Shown: positions 28,001 through 36,017 of the stretch, in pieces
Position numbering within the stretch: position 1 is the first letter of the stretch
Layout of the letters: each line of letters starts with the position of its first letter
Source of the DNA: Candidatus Caldarchaeum sp.
GTDB taxonomy: Archaea > Thermoproteota > Nitrososphaeria_A > Caldarchaeales > Caldarchaeaceae
Assembly: GCA_038831915.1 (NCBI GenBank)
Contig: JAWBKB010000002.1
Coordinates: 73,746 to 137,745, forward strand
DNA length: 64,000 nucleotides
Reading direction: 5' to 3'
Program-made: the position numbers and the translations under genes
Notes under the pieces: generated by a model
Told to the model about the DNA's origin: nothing
Database searches by the model: none
What the model saw: the letters and a program-made list of their open reading frames with translations, nothing else

Positions 28001-28321
28001 TTGCAAAGAGTGAGGTTCGGGTTGCCGAATTGGACCCTAAGTAAGGAACCGACCCCTATCTGCAACCCACTGTGCAGATTTTTCCGATGCGGCAAAAAAG
28101 TTCTCGACTTCAGAAGAAACCCCCCATGGTGCAACTGGGTAGACGCTCCATGCATAGGCTATCAGTGCCCATACGCTCAATGCATTCAAGTTAAGCTGCT
28201 TCCAGACGGACGATGCGGGCTATTTGTAAAAAGAAAAACCGTGGAGCAGGAAGCTGTCTTTGACGTCTCCGGCGTTGCAGCCGCCCGAGCGAAGAAAAAG
28301 CTCGACAAACTCGGTTTATAA
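28001..28321 (+). CDS. hypothetical 8-cysteine protein (no ATG in the ORF)
   Basis: 106-codon ORF fills the whole gap before cofE (6-nt spacing). Cys pattern C-x3-C-x4-C-x13-C-x6-C-x4-C-x4-C-x10-C, and a Lys-rich C-terminus. Only TTG/GTG starts are available. Confidence 0.45.
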   Translation: MQRVRFGLPNWTLSKEPTPICNPLCRFFRCGKKVLDFRRNPPWCNWVDAPCIGYQCPYAQCIQVKLLPDGRCGLFVKRKTVEQEAVFDVSGVAAARAKKKLDKLGL

Positions 28322-28326
28322 AACCT

Positions 28327-29085
28327 ATGGTAAACAAGCTCGAAATCATACCAATCACAGGGATCCCACTGGTCAAGGAAGGCGATAATATTGCTGAGCT
28401 AATTGTTGTAGCAGCCAAACGTGCAGGGACAGAGATTGTAGATGGTGACATAGTGGTCATCGCTCATTCGATAGTATCCAAATCGGAAGGTAGAATTGTA
28501 AAACTGGTCGACGTACAACCTTCACGCTTTGCTGAAAATCTCGCCGAATTAACCGGCAAAGACCCTCGTCAAATTGAAGTGGTTTTGAAAAATGCGAGGA
28601 AGATAGTCAGAATTGGGCACGGGGTCATCATCTGCGAAACTTTTCATGGATTTGTTTGCGCGAACGCAGGCGTGGACGCGTCGAATTCCGGCGGCGAAGA
28701 TTACTTGATAACTTTTCCCGAAAACCCCGACAAGTCAGCGAACAGAATCCGGGAAGAAATCAAACGTATCACCGGCAAAGAGGTCGCGGTGATAATCAGC
28801 GACAGCTTTGGAAGGCCATTCCGCGTCGGGTCGGTGAATGTCGCCATCGGATGCAGCGGCATCAACCCCTTGAATGACATTAGAGGCTACAAAGACCTTT
28901 ACGGAAGAATTCTAAGGTCTAAAATTGTCTGTATAGCTGATGAAATAGCTTCTGCGGCGGGTCTCGTGATGGGCGAAGCAGACGAAGGAATTCCCGTCGC
29001 AATCGTAAGGGGGCTTAGCTACGACCGAACCAACATCCCCGCAACGGCGATTATCCGTGACGCAAAGGATGACCTATTCAGATAA
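28327..29085 (+). CDS. cofE: coenzyme F420-0:L-glutamate ligase CofE
   Basis: 252 aa. IPITGIPLVKEGDNIAELI..VVIAHSIVSKSEGR..ANAGVDASN are typical of CofE. Confidence 0.9.
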   Translation: MVNKLEIIPITGIPLVKEGDNIAELIVVAAKRAGTEIVDGDIVVIAHSIVSKSEGRIVKLVDVQPSRFAENLAELTGKDPRQIEVVLKNARKIVRIGHGVIICETFHGFVCANAGVDASNSGGEDYLITFPENPDKSANRIREEIKRITGKEVAVIISDSFGRPFRVGSVNVAIGCSGINPLNDIRGYKDLYGRILRSKIVCIADEIASAAGLVMGEADEGIPVAIVRGLSYDRTNIPATAIIRDAKDDLFR

Positions 29086-29791
29086 AGCATATCTGCTAAA
29101 GCTCATCGAAACAACCTTCCAAAATTTAAAAGACGAAAGAAGCATCGATTTTCAAGAAATTACGAAGCAAATCAGCGTCGACTATGAGAATGTCATTGAA
29201 ACGCTACGCGGCCTGTTGGGGCAGAACCATCCACCCGGGTTCATCAGAGTTTCTCTTGGTTTGGCAGCGATAAGTCTGGGGGCTGAACCGGAGAAAATCG
29301 CTAGACAGCTCAGCTGGCGAGAAATGGAAATATTCGTAGCTCACGCATGTCATCTGAGCGGACTGATGCAGAGAACAAACGTGCGACTGAGCTTCGAAAA
29401 AAAGAGAGTGGAATTGGACGTGGTCGCCGCCTCGACTTCGCTATGCCTTGTTTTCGACTGCAAACGCTGGAATAAGAGACTCGCCGGAAAAACTCTCAAC
29501 ACAATCGTGGAAAAACACAAACAACGCACGATAATCTTAAAACAATTCTTTGAGAAAAACATGTCCGGCAGAAAGCTCGTTTTCTTCACCCCTGTCATCG
29601 TTTCTCTCTACGAACCGAGCTCTAGAAAAGCGTCAGATATATACATCGTGCCGGTCAACTCGTTGAAAAGCTTTTTACAGTTCGTTGAAAACGTTTTGGG
29701 CGGCGAGGTTTACACCGCTCATTTGGACGAAAAGTGGACAGAGTTTTTCGCACGTGATAACTTAAATCAAAGCTTGGAGAACTGGCGTTGA
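29069..29791 (+). CDS. hypothetical protein with Mrr-cat-like PD-(D/E)xK nuclease core
   Basis: About 240 aa. EMEIFVAHA..(25)..ELDVVAASTSLCLVFDCKRW reproduces the E..D..(D/E)xK arrangement of restriction-endonuclease-like folds. The N-terminal ~80 aa could be a winged helix. ATG at 29069, ORF open from 29057. Confidence 0.5.
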   Translation: MTYSDKAYLLKLIETTFQNLKDERSIDFQEITKQISVDYENVIETLRGLLGQNHPPGFIRVSLGLAAISLGAEPEKIARQLSWREMEIFVAHACHLSGLMQRTNVRLSFEKKRVELDVVAASTSLCLVFDCKRWNKRLAGKTLNTIVEKHKQRTIILKQFFEKNMSGRKLVFFTPVIVSLYEPSSRKASDIYIVPVNSLKSFLQFVENVLGGEVYTAHLDEKWTEFFARDNLNQSLENWR

Positions 29792-29792
29792 A

Positions 29793-30284
29793 TTGGATAG
29801 GCTCTGGGCGCCGTGGCGGATGGCTTACATCAAAGAGTCGAAAAAAGAGCAGGACTGCGTCTTCTGCTTAGCGGCGTCCACCGAAAAAGACAGTGACCGA
29901 TATGTCGTCTACAGAGGAAGCCACGTCTTTATAATCATGAACCTTTATCCATACAACAATGGTCACGTAATGGTGACTCCGTTCAGACACATCGGCTCTG
30001 TTGAAGAAATGAGTGACGAAGAAATGTTGGAAACGATGAGGCTAATCAGGCTGGCTGTTAAGGCGATATCATCGGTCATGAAACCGGATGGGTTCAACAT
30101 CGGCGCGAACGTTGGCAAGTCCGCGGGTGCGGGCATTGAAGACCATGTTCATTTTCACATCGTCCCGAGGTGGAGGGGTGACACAAATTTTATGACAATC
30201 ATCTCTGATACACGTGTTCTGCCTGAAACAATCGACGAAACTTACAAAAGACTGGTCGCGGCTATTGCTGAGTTAACCGGTTAG
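29793..30284 (+). CDS. HIT-family protein (Ap4A-phosphorylase-like subgroup)
   Basis: 163 aa. LWAPWRMAYI N-terminus and histidine triad HVHFHIVPR. Confidence 0.9.
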   Translation: MDRLWAPWRMAYIKESKKEQDCVFCLAASTEKDSDRYVVYRGSHVFIIMNLYPYNNGHVMVTPFRHIGSVEEMSDEEMLETMRLIRLAVKAISSVMKPDGFNIGANVGKSAGAGIEDHVHFHIVPRWRGDTNFMTIISDTRVLPETIDETYKRLVAAIAELTG

Positions 30285-31266
30285 CTATTTCGAGATAATA
30301 TTTTGAAACGGGGTTGGCGAGCAGAACAACTCTGCTGACTTCGTCTTCAGTTACGTTAACGAATCCAATATATTTTGCCAGCTCGGCCGCGAATTCTTTG
30401 ATTTCCTCTATAGAAGGCATGTTCTCTCTTCGAAGTCGTAGCTGAGATTCACCGACGTGTGTGTATCCTTTGCATTCGACGAAATCAGGTTGCGCTTTTC
30501 TGATCAAATCAGCGTACGACTCTGGCGCATGCATGTTCAAATCCTTTACCAAAGTTAAGCGAACCACCTTTCTGCATGTAAACCTGGACATCAGGTCCAG
30601 GGATTTCATCAGTCTTTCCCAGCTATCCGATATTAACGGCTTGCATGTTTTGATATGCGTTTCCCGGTCGGGGCCGTAAACGCTCAGGTATAGGCTGGTG
30701 GGTTGGCATTTGTGAAGTATTTCTGCGAGTCTTTCAGGCATGGTGCCGTTGCTGACGAGAAAGGTAGTCATATCTCTACGAGTCGCCTCCTCGATGAGTT
30801 CTCCGATGTAGGGATAGAGAGTGGGCTCGCCGTCTAAGGAAATAGCGATGTGTTTGGGGTTCAGCGCTTCCGAGAACTTCTGCTTCGAAACTTTTGGATT
30901 GCCTCCGAAACCTGAAAGAAGCTGCCTCTGCTCCTGGATAATTTGGTCAAGTAGTTCAGAAGGGCTGTCCCATTGCCCGTCAAACGGTTGTACACGGTTT
31001 AGGGTGTGAAAACGCCAGCAAAAAACACACATCATGTTACAGTATTGAAGGGACGGGGTCATCTGAATACATCTATGACTTTCGATTCCGTACCAGCTTT
31101 TGTAGCATTTTTTACCGCCTCGAAGTGCCGACTTTGTCCAATGACAAACCTTGACCGCTGAATGTCTGCCCACTATGCGGTAACCTGCTTTCTCAAACTT
31201 GCCGGCTTCAGCCACCGACGACCTCTTCGGCTTCTTGACTTCCTTCAGCGGTATGACCGTAGTCAA
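30262..31266 (-). CDS. taw1: 4-demethylwyosine synthase Taw1/TYW1 (radical SAM)
   Basis: 334 aa. VKVCHWTKSALRG..CYK..YGIESHRC and radical-SAM CNMMCVFCWR. Confidence 0.9.
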   Translation of the reverse strand: MTTVIPLKEVKKPKRSSVAEAGKFEKAGYRIVGRHSAVKVCHWTKSALRGGKKCYKSWYGIESHRCIQMTPSLQYCNMMCVFCWRFHTLNRVQPFDGQWDSPSELLDQIIQEQRQLLSGFGGNPKVSKQKFSEALNPKHIAISLDGEPTLYPYIGELIEEATRRDMTTFLVSNGTMPERLAEILHKCQPTSLYLSVYGPDRETHIKTCKPLISDSWERLMKSLDLMSRFTCRKVVRLTLVKDLNMHAPESYADLIRKAQPDFVECKGYTHVGESQLRLRRENMPSIEEIKEFAAELAKYIGFVNVTEDEVSRVVLLANPVSKYYLEIANRLTQQ

Positions 31267-31325
31267 CCCAGCCCATTAACAAATAAGCGAATCATTTAAT
31301 CTTTCCCTCACCCACATAGAAAGTT

Positions 31326-32207
31326 GTGAAGTTCGGGGTTGTCGGCGCCTTGACAATCGACGTTTATGGTGACAAGATATTTCTCGGAGGTCCTCCGTGG
31401 TTTGCCGGAGGAGCGGCCGCGTCCATCCATCACTCGGTAAATGTCTATTCCGCAGTTGGAGAACTCGATTTTCCACAATCTTTCTATGACCAGCTCGTGA
31501 AAGCGCGTGTGAACATCTCTAAAATAGTCAAGGTGCCTGACAGTTTTTCCTACACTTTTCAGCACAACTATACGCAAAAAACTCGAAGGTCAAAGCTTAT
31601 CAGGATAGGGCCCCGAATTCCAGAGGATAGTCTCGCCGACATCGACGTCGACAGCCTACTGTTGTCACCGGTTTACCGCGAAGCCGGCGAAAATCACTTC
31701 AAAATCCTTCGGAACAGTTCGTCTCATCTGGCCTTAGACATTCAAGGGTTTCTCCGCGAGGCCGACGACTCCGGAAACGTGTTTCTAGTTTCAAAAGAAC
31801 TGGGACATTTGCTGAAGTCAGCTGATGTCATTCATTGCAGCGACGAAGAAGCCGTGGTGCTGTCTGGAGAAGCTGACCCGTTGCAAGCGGTTAAGAAAAT
31901 AGCTAGGGCCGCACCTGGAGTTGTGCTGGTAGGCTCGAGAACAGGGTTGTTGGCTGCACATCGAGGCATGGTCAGCTTCTTCAGCATCAACCTTGAACAC
32001 AGTGATGTTGATCCAACAGGCGCTGGAGACATGCTTACAGCTCTTCTTGTCGCTTTCGTTCGGGAAGCAGACTCGGCGACCGAGGCGACTGTATCGGCTT
32101 TGGCGCATCTCGTAGAACTGCTCCGCAGACCCCGGGAATCACGGTTCATTCAACCTGTCCATCCGCGGCCCGAGCTTGTTCATCTACTGTGGACAACGCC
32201 CGTTTAG
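31326..32207 (+). CDS. PfkB-family sugar/nucleoside kinase
   Basis: 293 aa. C-terminal DPTGAGD anion-hole motif. GTG start. Confidence 0.75.
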   Translation: MKFGVVGALTIDVYGDKIFLGGPPWFAGGAAASIHHSVNVYSAVGELDFPQSFYDQLVKARVNISKIVKVPDSFSYTFQHNYTQKTRRSKLIRIGPRIPEDSLADIDVDSLLLSPVYREAGENHFKILRNSSSHLALDIQGFLREADDSGNVFLVSKELGHLLKSADVIHCSDEEAVVLSGEADPLQAVKKIARAAPGVVLVGSRTGLLAAHRGMVSFFSINLEHSDVDPTGAGDMLTALLVAFVREADSATEATVSALAHLVELLRRPRESRFIQPVHPRPELVHLLWTTPV

Positions 32208-32463
32208 CCCGTTTGTTTCCAGATTTCATTAATTTTTTCACCTTGTTTACGAGGCTTGGATAACGGTCCTTCAATGCCTTTTCAACGATGTCCGCAAGCT
32301 CTTCGCTGATGCTATAGCGGGGAATAACGTTCTTACGGTAGTTGAACACGGCGGTCGCGACCGGCGAATAGAATGCGAGTCGGGGCTGTTTTTTCGCGTA
32401 ATCCACGGATTGTTTCAAGATTTTGTCGTCGATTTTGTTCTGTATGGTTTTCCTCCTTTTCAT
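32146..32463 (-). CDS. hypothetical basic protein
   Basis: 105 aa. ATG start with an AT-rich box about 29 nt upstream. No recognisable motif. 3' end overlaps the pfkB-like gene by 62 nt. Confidence 0.45.
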   Translation of the reverse strand: MKRRKTIQNKIDDKILKQSVDYAKKQPRLAFYSPVATAVFNYRKNVIPRYSISEELADIVEKALKDRYPSLVNKVKKLMKSGNKRAKRALSTVDEQARAADGQVE

Positions 32464-32471
32464 GATGACTA

Positions 32472-32500
32472 GGTTTACCTTTTACCTTTTAACGTTTACC
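32472..32500. repeat. left repeat block GGTTTACC-T-TTTACC-TTTTAAC-GTTTACC
   Basis: Read directly. Lies immediately upstream of the 32463 start codon. Related to the block at 32860-32881. Confidence 0.7.
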
Positions 32501-32859
32501 TCGAATCATCAAAGCACAGGTTTCAGTGCGTGTGCGATCTTTCGAACGGTGTGAAGGATTTTTAAACACGGGGGCTTGTACAACGCGTATTGAGATGAAA
32601 TAGAGGTTGAAATAAACGAGGTCATGCAATTCAATGCTGGTTGATTTGTGGTTAAATGTGGTGTGCTATCGCCGGGGTCTGAGGTCGAAAAAGGGCTTAA
32701 CAACACTTTTGCCATATGAATCGGTTGGAAAATCGGACAGTTGGTTCCCTAATTCAATTGGCATTGTTGACAGTAGAATACCATAGGATAGCCGTATTAA
32801 CAGTGTTCAGTAAATCGAACGGCTACCATTACATACTGGTTCAATGAAAAATGTATGGA

Positions 32860-32881
32860 GGTAAACCTTTTACGGTTTACC
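32860..32881. repeat. right repeat block, perfect 8-6-8 inverted repeat GGTAAACC-TTTTAC-GGTTTACC
   Basis: Read directly. Overlaps the speH stop codon (32877-32879). Confidence 0.7.
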
Positions 32882-33254
32882 TTGATGAGCGGTCCGCATA
32901 GTGTCTGACAAAGCTTTCTGGATTCAGCTTTTTCACTATGTGTTCAAAGGCTTTATCGGGTTCGCTGTCCTCTCCGCATGTGTAGATGTCAACGGTGGCG
33001 TATCGGTATTGGTTCCAAGTGTGTACCGCTACATGGCTTTCCTTGATCAACGCGATGACCGATACTCCGCCTTTTTCACCGCCGAACTTCCACGACCTCA
33101 GGGAGACCAGATTCATCTTCGCTATTTTGACAGCTTCGAGCACCGTCTTGCGCATGAATTTTTCGTCAAGCAGCAGTTCGGAGGGGCATCCGTAAAGGTT
33201 TCCGAAGACATGTTTCCCAACTATTTGTTTCTGAACCGTTTTTCCTTCAAGCAT
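32877..33254 (-). CDS. speH: S-adenosylmethionine decarboxylase proenzyme (pyruvoyl type)
   Basis: 125 aa. GCP..LLD and the self-cleavage site region [10 protein letters not shown]. Confidence 0.9.
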   Translation of the reverse strand: MLEGKTVQKQIVGKHVFGNLYGCPSELLLDEKFMRKTVLEAVKIAKMNLVSLRSWKFGGEKGGVSVIALIKESHVAVHTWNQYRYATVDIYTCGEDSEPDKAFEHIVKKLNPESFVRHYADRSSR

Positions 33255-33464
33255 TTCTCTTTCTGCTTACCTCAAAATCGTTGACAAAAAGATTTAGATA
33301 TAAATCATTTGTTGACAACATCAGCAGACGAAAAGATTTGCGACGATTTCTGTCAGTTTAGAAATTTTTTTGCCCGAAAAATACGTGCTTATCCAAGTTT
33401 TCGAACGCATCGAAAATTTGGCCATGAGCAAAGATTATTGGCTGGACATGCAACACGTCGGGTG

Positions 33465-33905
33465 ATGAATCCACTGCAGCCTGGCGTTTATGCTCGTGGT
33501 CGACTTGACTTTAGAAAACTTTTCGACAGTGTTCTTTCCTTCGTGTCTGATGGCTCGTGTGGGGCAGCTGCTTTTTTCATCGGGATAGTCAAGCGCGCTG
33601 GCAAAGGAGCGTTCCCGGTTGATCAAGTTGTGATGGAATCCTACGAAGAGCATGCAAACAAGGCCTTGAAAAGAATTTGCGATGAAGTAGCCGCCGAATA
33701 TGGTTTGAAGTTTGTAGGCATATGGCATTTGGTTGGCTCGTTCACGGTGGGTGAACCGGTGGTTTTCGTTTGCGCGGCTGGAGAGCACAGAGACGAGGTA
33801 TTTAGAGGCCTTAGAACAGCTGTTGAAAGATACAAACGCGAGCCGGCTTTGTTCAAGAAAGAGGTTTATGTCGACGGCACGTCGGCATGGATGGAGGGAG
33901 CTTGA
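33465..33905 (+). CDS. moaE: molybdopterin synthase catalytic subunit MoaE
   Basis: MoaE-like from MNPLQPGVY. FFIGIVK..VGEPVVFVCAAGEHRDEVF..YKREPALFKKE. The ORF is open from 33309, but the upstream part looks non-coding. Confidence 0.85.
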   Translation: MNPLQPGVYARGRLDFRKLFDSVLSFVSDGSCGAAAFFIGIVKRAGKGAFPVDQVVMESYEEHANKALKRICDEVAAEYGLKFVGIWHLVGSFTVGEPVVFVCAAGEHRDEVFRGLRTAVERYKREPALFKKEVYVDGTSAWMEGA

Positions 33906-34216
33906 AAGTCGTCACCAAGTATTATGCGTCGATTCGTGAAAAAGTCGGTAAATCCGGTGAAGAATTCGAACTGAAGGATGATGCTTCGATTCTGGATTTT
34001 CTCGAAGCTTTCAGGTTGAAGTATGCTGGTTTGGTGGATGGTTTTTTCGAAGCTGGGGGGCTGCGTTCCGGTTTTGCGGTTGCGTTGAACGGTGAGAGCG
34101 TGGAAAGAAAAGCATGGAGCTCGACTAAGTTGAAAGAGGGAGATGTTGTGGTGATTCTGCCGCCGATTGCCGGCGGTCATTTAAAACTGGGTAGCCTTAC
34201 TCCGCGTTGTCCCTGA
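33887..34216 (+). CDS. moaD: MoaD/ThiS-family beta-grasp sulfur carrier with a C-terminal extension beyond the GG motif
   Basis: 109 aa. KVVTKYYASIREKVG..GDVVVILPPIAGG, then 12 more codons (HLKLGSLTPRCP). Overlaps the moaE end and the 3' end of dcd. Confidence 0.75.
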   Translation: MDGGSLKVVTKYYASIREKVGKSGEEFELKDDASILDFLEAFRLKYAGLVDGFFEAGGLRSGFAVALNGESVERKAWSSTKLKEGDVVVILPPIAGGHLKLGSLTPRCP

Positions 34217-34695
34217 TATTTGCCAGTGTAGGGTTTTTCCACGATTGAAGAAAGGCGGGCAAAAACAACGTGTAGAAATCTGTCGCCGGCATAGAGCCTT
34301 ACTGGGAAGTCTCCCCCGACAAGCTCGATGGTCAACTCTCCTTCGAAGTTGGCGTCGATGATGGTCGGTGGAATTGTCAACCCGATGCGGGCGAAACTGC
34401 TTCTCAAATTGACAAAGCCCATCAAATCTTTTGGAAGTGACAAATATTCCATGGTGTGAAGTAAAACATGCTCCTTCGGTTGAATTAGGAAGGATTCTCC
34501 TTCTTCGAAAGTGTAGTATTCAGCGGGATCGGATGACTTTGTGTCAAAGATCTTTCCGGCTTTGCTGAAGCGTGCTATCTGCCGTCCGATTCGAAGGTCA
34601 AGCCCGTTTTCGCGGACGATGTCTTCAGAAAATGGAGTGATGCTTAGACGCTCGCTTCTGATGTAGTTCCACAGGTCGAAGTCTGAAAGAATCAT
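34177..34695 (-). CDS. dcd: dCTP deaminase
   Basis: 172 aa. MILSD..I...I.PF.....NGLDLRIG pattern of Dcd/dUTPase-like trimers. Confidence 0.88.
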   Translation of the reverse strand: MILSDFDLWNYIRSERLSITPFSEDIVRENGLDLRIGRQIARFSKAGKIFDTKSSDPAEYYTFEEGESFLIQPKEHVLLHTMEYLSLPKDLMGFVNLRSSFARIGLTIPPTIIDANFEGELTIELVGGDFPVRLYAGDRFLHVVFARLSSIVEKPYTGKYQGQRGVRLPSFK

Positions 34696-34719
34696 GTTCG
34701 GTGAGGGGATGGCGGCAAT

Positions 34720-35502
34720 TTAAAGCTCTACAACCGTCATGTCCTGGGCCACGACGACGTCATCGATTCCGACCGATTTGACCGCTTCTATAATTTCAAC
34801 CTCTCTGCCGCGCCACGCTGGATAAAGGTGAGTGACCACCAATTTCTTCGGCTTAATTCGTTCAACGATAGCTGCAAGCTGTTTCTCGGACGTATGTTTG
34901 CCGACGAGCTGTTCATGTGGGAAGCTGCATTCATGAACGAGAACATCGCACCCTTGTGCCAACATGATAAGTCTTTCGTCGGGCACGGTGTCGCCGGAAT
35001 AAACCACCGAAAATCCTTGAAAACCAATTCTGTAAGCAAGCCCATTGTAATGGTCGACTTCCGCACAGCTTACGACACAGTCGCCGACACTGTATCTGTG
35101 ATCCGCCTTCAACTCCAAGACTTCAAGATAGTTCTCGCAACGCATAGTTGTAACGAGGTATCTGAACGCGTCGATGTATACTATCTGGTTTACGAGGGTT
35201 TTGAGATTCTTTGGGCCCACCAGCCTTAACTTTGGTGGGTTGTTTAATGGTGTGCCTTCGGAGCTGTAGGGCCAGAGCATGATCAGCGCCGGTAGGTCTC
35301 CTACATGGTCTAGATGGAAATGAGTTATGAAAAATGCGTCGATGTCGTGGACCTGTATGTTTAATTTGATGAGTTTTGAAATTGTTGATGGCCCGGGGTC
35401 GAATAGAATTCGTGTGTTAGCTGTTTCGAGCAAGAGTCCACTCGCGAACCTGTTATCCGTCGGAACTATGCTTCCCGCTCCGAGGATTATGAGACGGTTC
35501 AT
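34720..35502 (-). CDS. MBL-fold metallo-hydrolase (RNase Z-like)
   Basis: 260 aa. HFHLDHVGD zinc motif. Confidence 0.8.
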   Translation of the reverse strand: MNRLIILGAGSIVPTDNRFASGLLLETANTRILFDPGPSTISKLIKLNIQVHDIDAFFITHFHLDHVGDLPALIMLWPYSSEGTPLNNPPKLRLVGPKNLKTLVNQIVYIDAFRYLVTTMRCENYLEVLELKADHRYSVGDCVVSCAEVDHYNGLAYRIGFQGFSVVYSGDTVPDERLIMLAQGCDVLVHECSFPHEQLVGKHTSEKQLAAIVERIKPKKLVVTHLYPAWRGREVEIIEAVKSVGIDDVVVAQDMTVVEL

Positions 35503-35977
35503 GCGAGACCGCTCCTTTCGCGATGTGGACGATGTGTGGGATTTCCGGCCCGAAGAGTTTGAGCCCCAGTTCGACCGCGGCAGGAGAGCCTGGCAAAGCT
35601 ATGACAAGCCTACCGTTCACGATTCCAGCCGTTGTCCTCGTCAAGGCAGCGGCAGCCCCAACTTCATGGAAACTTGCCATGCGGAAAACATCGCCCCAGC
35701 CCTCCACCTCTTTTTCGAACAGAGGTTTCAGAGCTTCAATGGTGACGTCTCTCGGCGAAAGACCTGTTCCGCCTGTCACGACGACCACGTCGAATCCTGA
35801 TTCGATTGCTCGGACCACAGCATTTCTAATCACCCAGACGTCATCGTTCAACACTCCGAGGTATTGCGCTTCGTGTCCAAGGGCTGTGCATATTTCGACT
35901 GCTTTTTCACCTGATTCGTCGACGAAATGCTCACCCTTGACTTTCTTCTCATACCTCGAGCTGCTGGCCGTTAACAC
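35453..35977 (-). CDS. moaB: molybdenum cofactor biosynthesis protein MoaB/Mog family
   Basis: 174 aa. VVVTGGTGLSPRDVT and ALPGSP motifs. GTG start. Confidence 0.85.
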   Translation of the reverse strand: MLTASSSRYEKKVKGEHFVDESGEKAVEICTALGHEAQYLGVLNDDVWVIRNAVVRAIESGFDVVVVTGGTGLSPRDVTIEALKPLFEKEVEGWGDVFRMASFHEVGAAAALTRTTAGIVNGRLVIALPGSPAAVELGLKLFGPEIPHIVHIAKGAVSHEPSHNPRSGKHSSDG

Positions 35978-36017
35978 GCCTATCTTGAGCCTTGTTGGAG
36001 CATGTGCCCTGTGAAGT

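Noticed and set aside
32509-32715. 68-aa minus-strand ORF and a 45-codon plus-strand ORF (from about 32717) inside the AT-rich gap
   Set aside because: No motifs, odd composition and no ribosome-binding or promoter context. The region is treated as non-coding.
33309-33464. N-terminal 52 codons of the track ORF for MoaE
   Set aside because: MoaE similarity starts only after the ATG at 33465. The upstream part overlaps the repeat-containing promoter spacer.
35975-36017. Possible N-terminal truncation or non-canonical start of moaB (upstream in-frame codons read ..RLKIG, resembling the first MoaB beta-strand)
   Set aside because: No ATG, GTG or TTG is available upstream before an in-frame stop, and my hand reading may be off by a base. 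The GTG start at 35977 is adequate.
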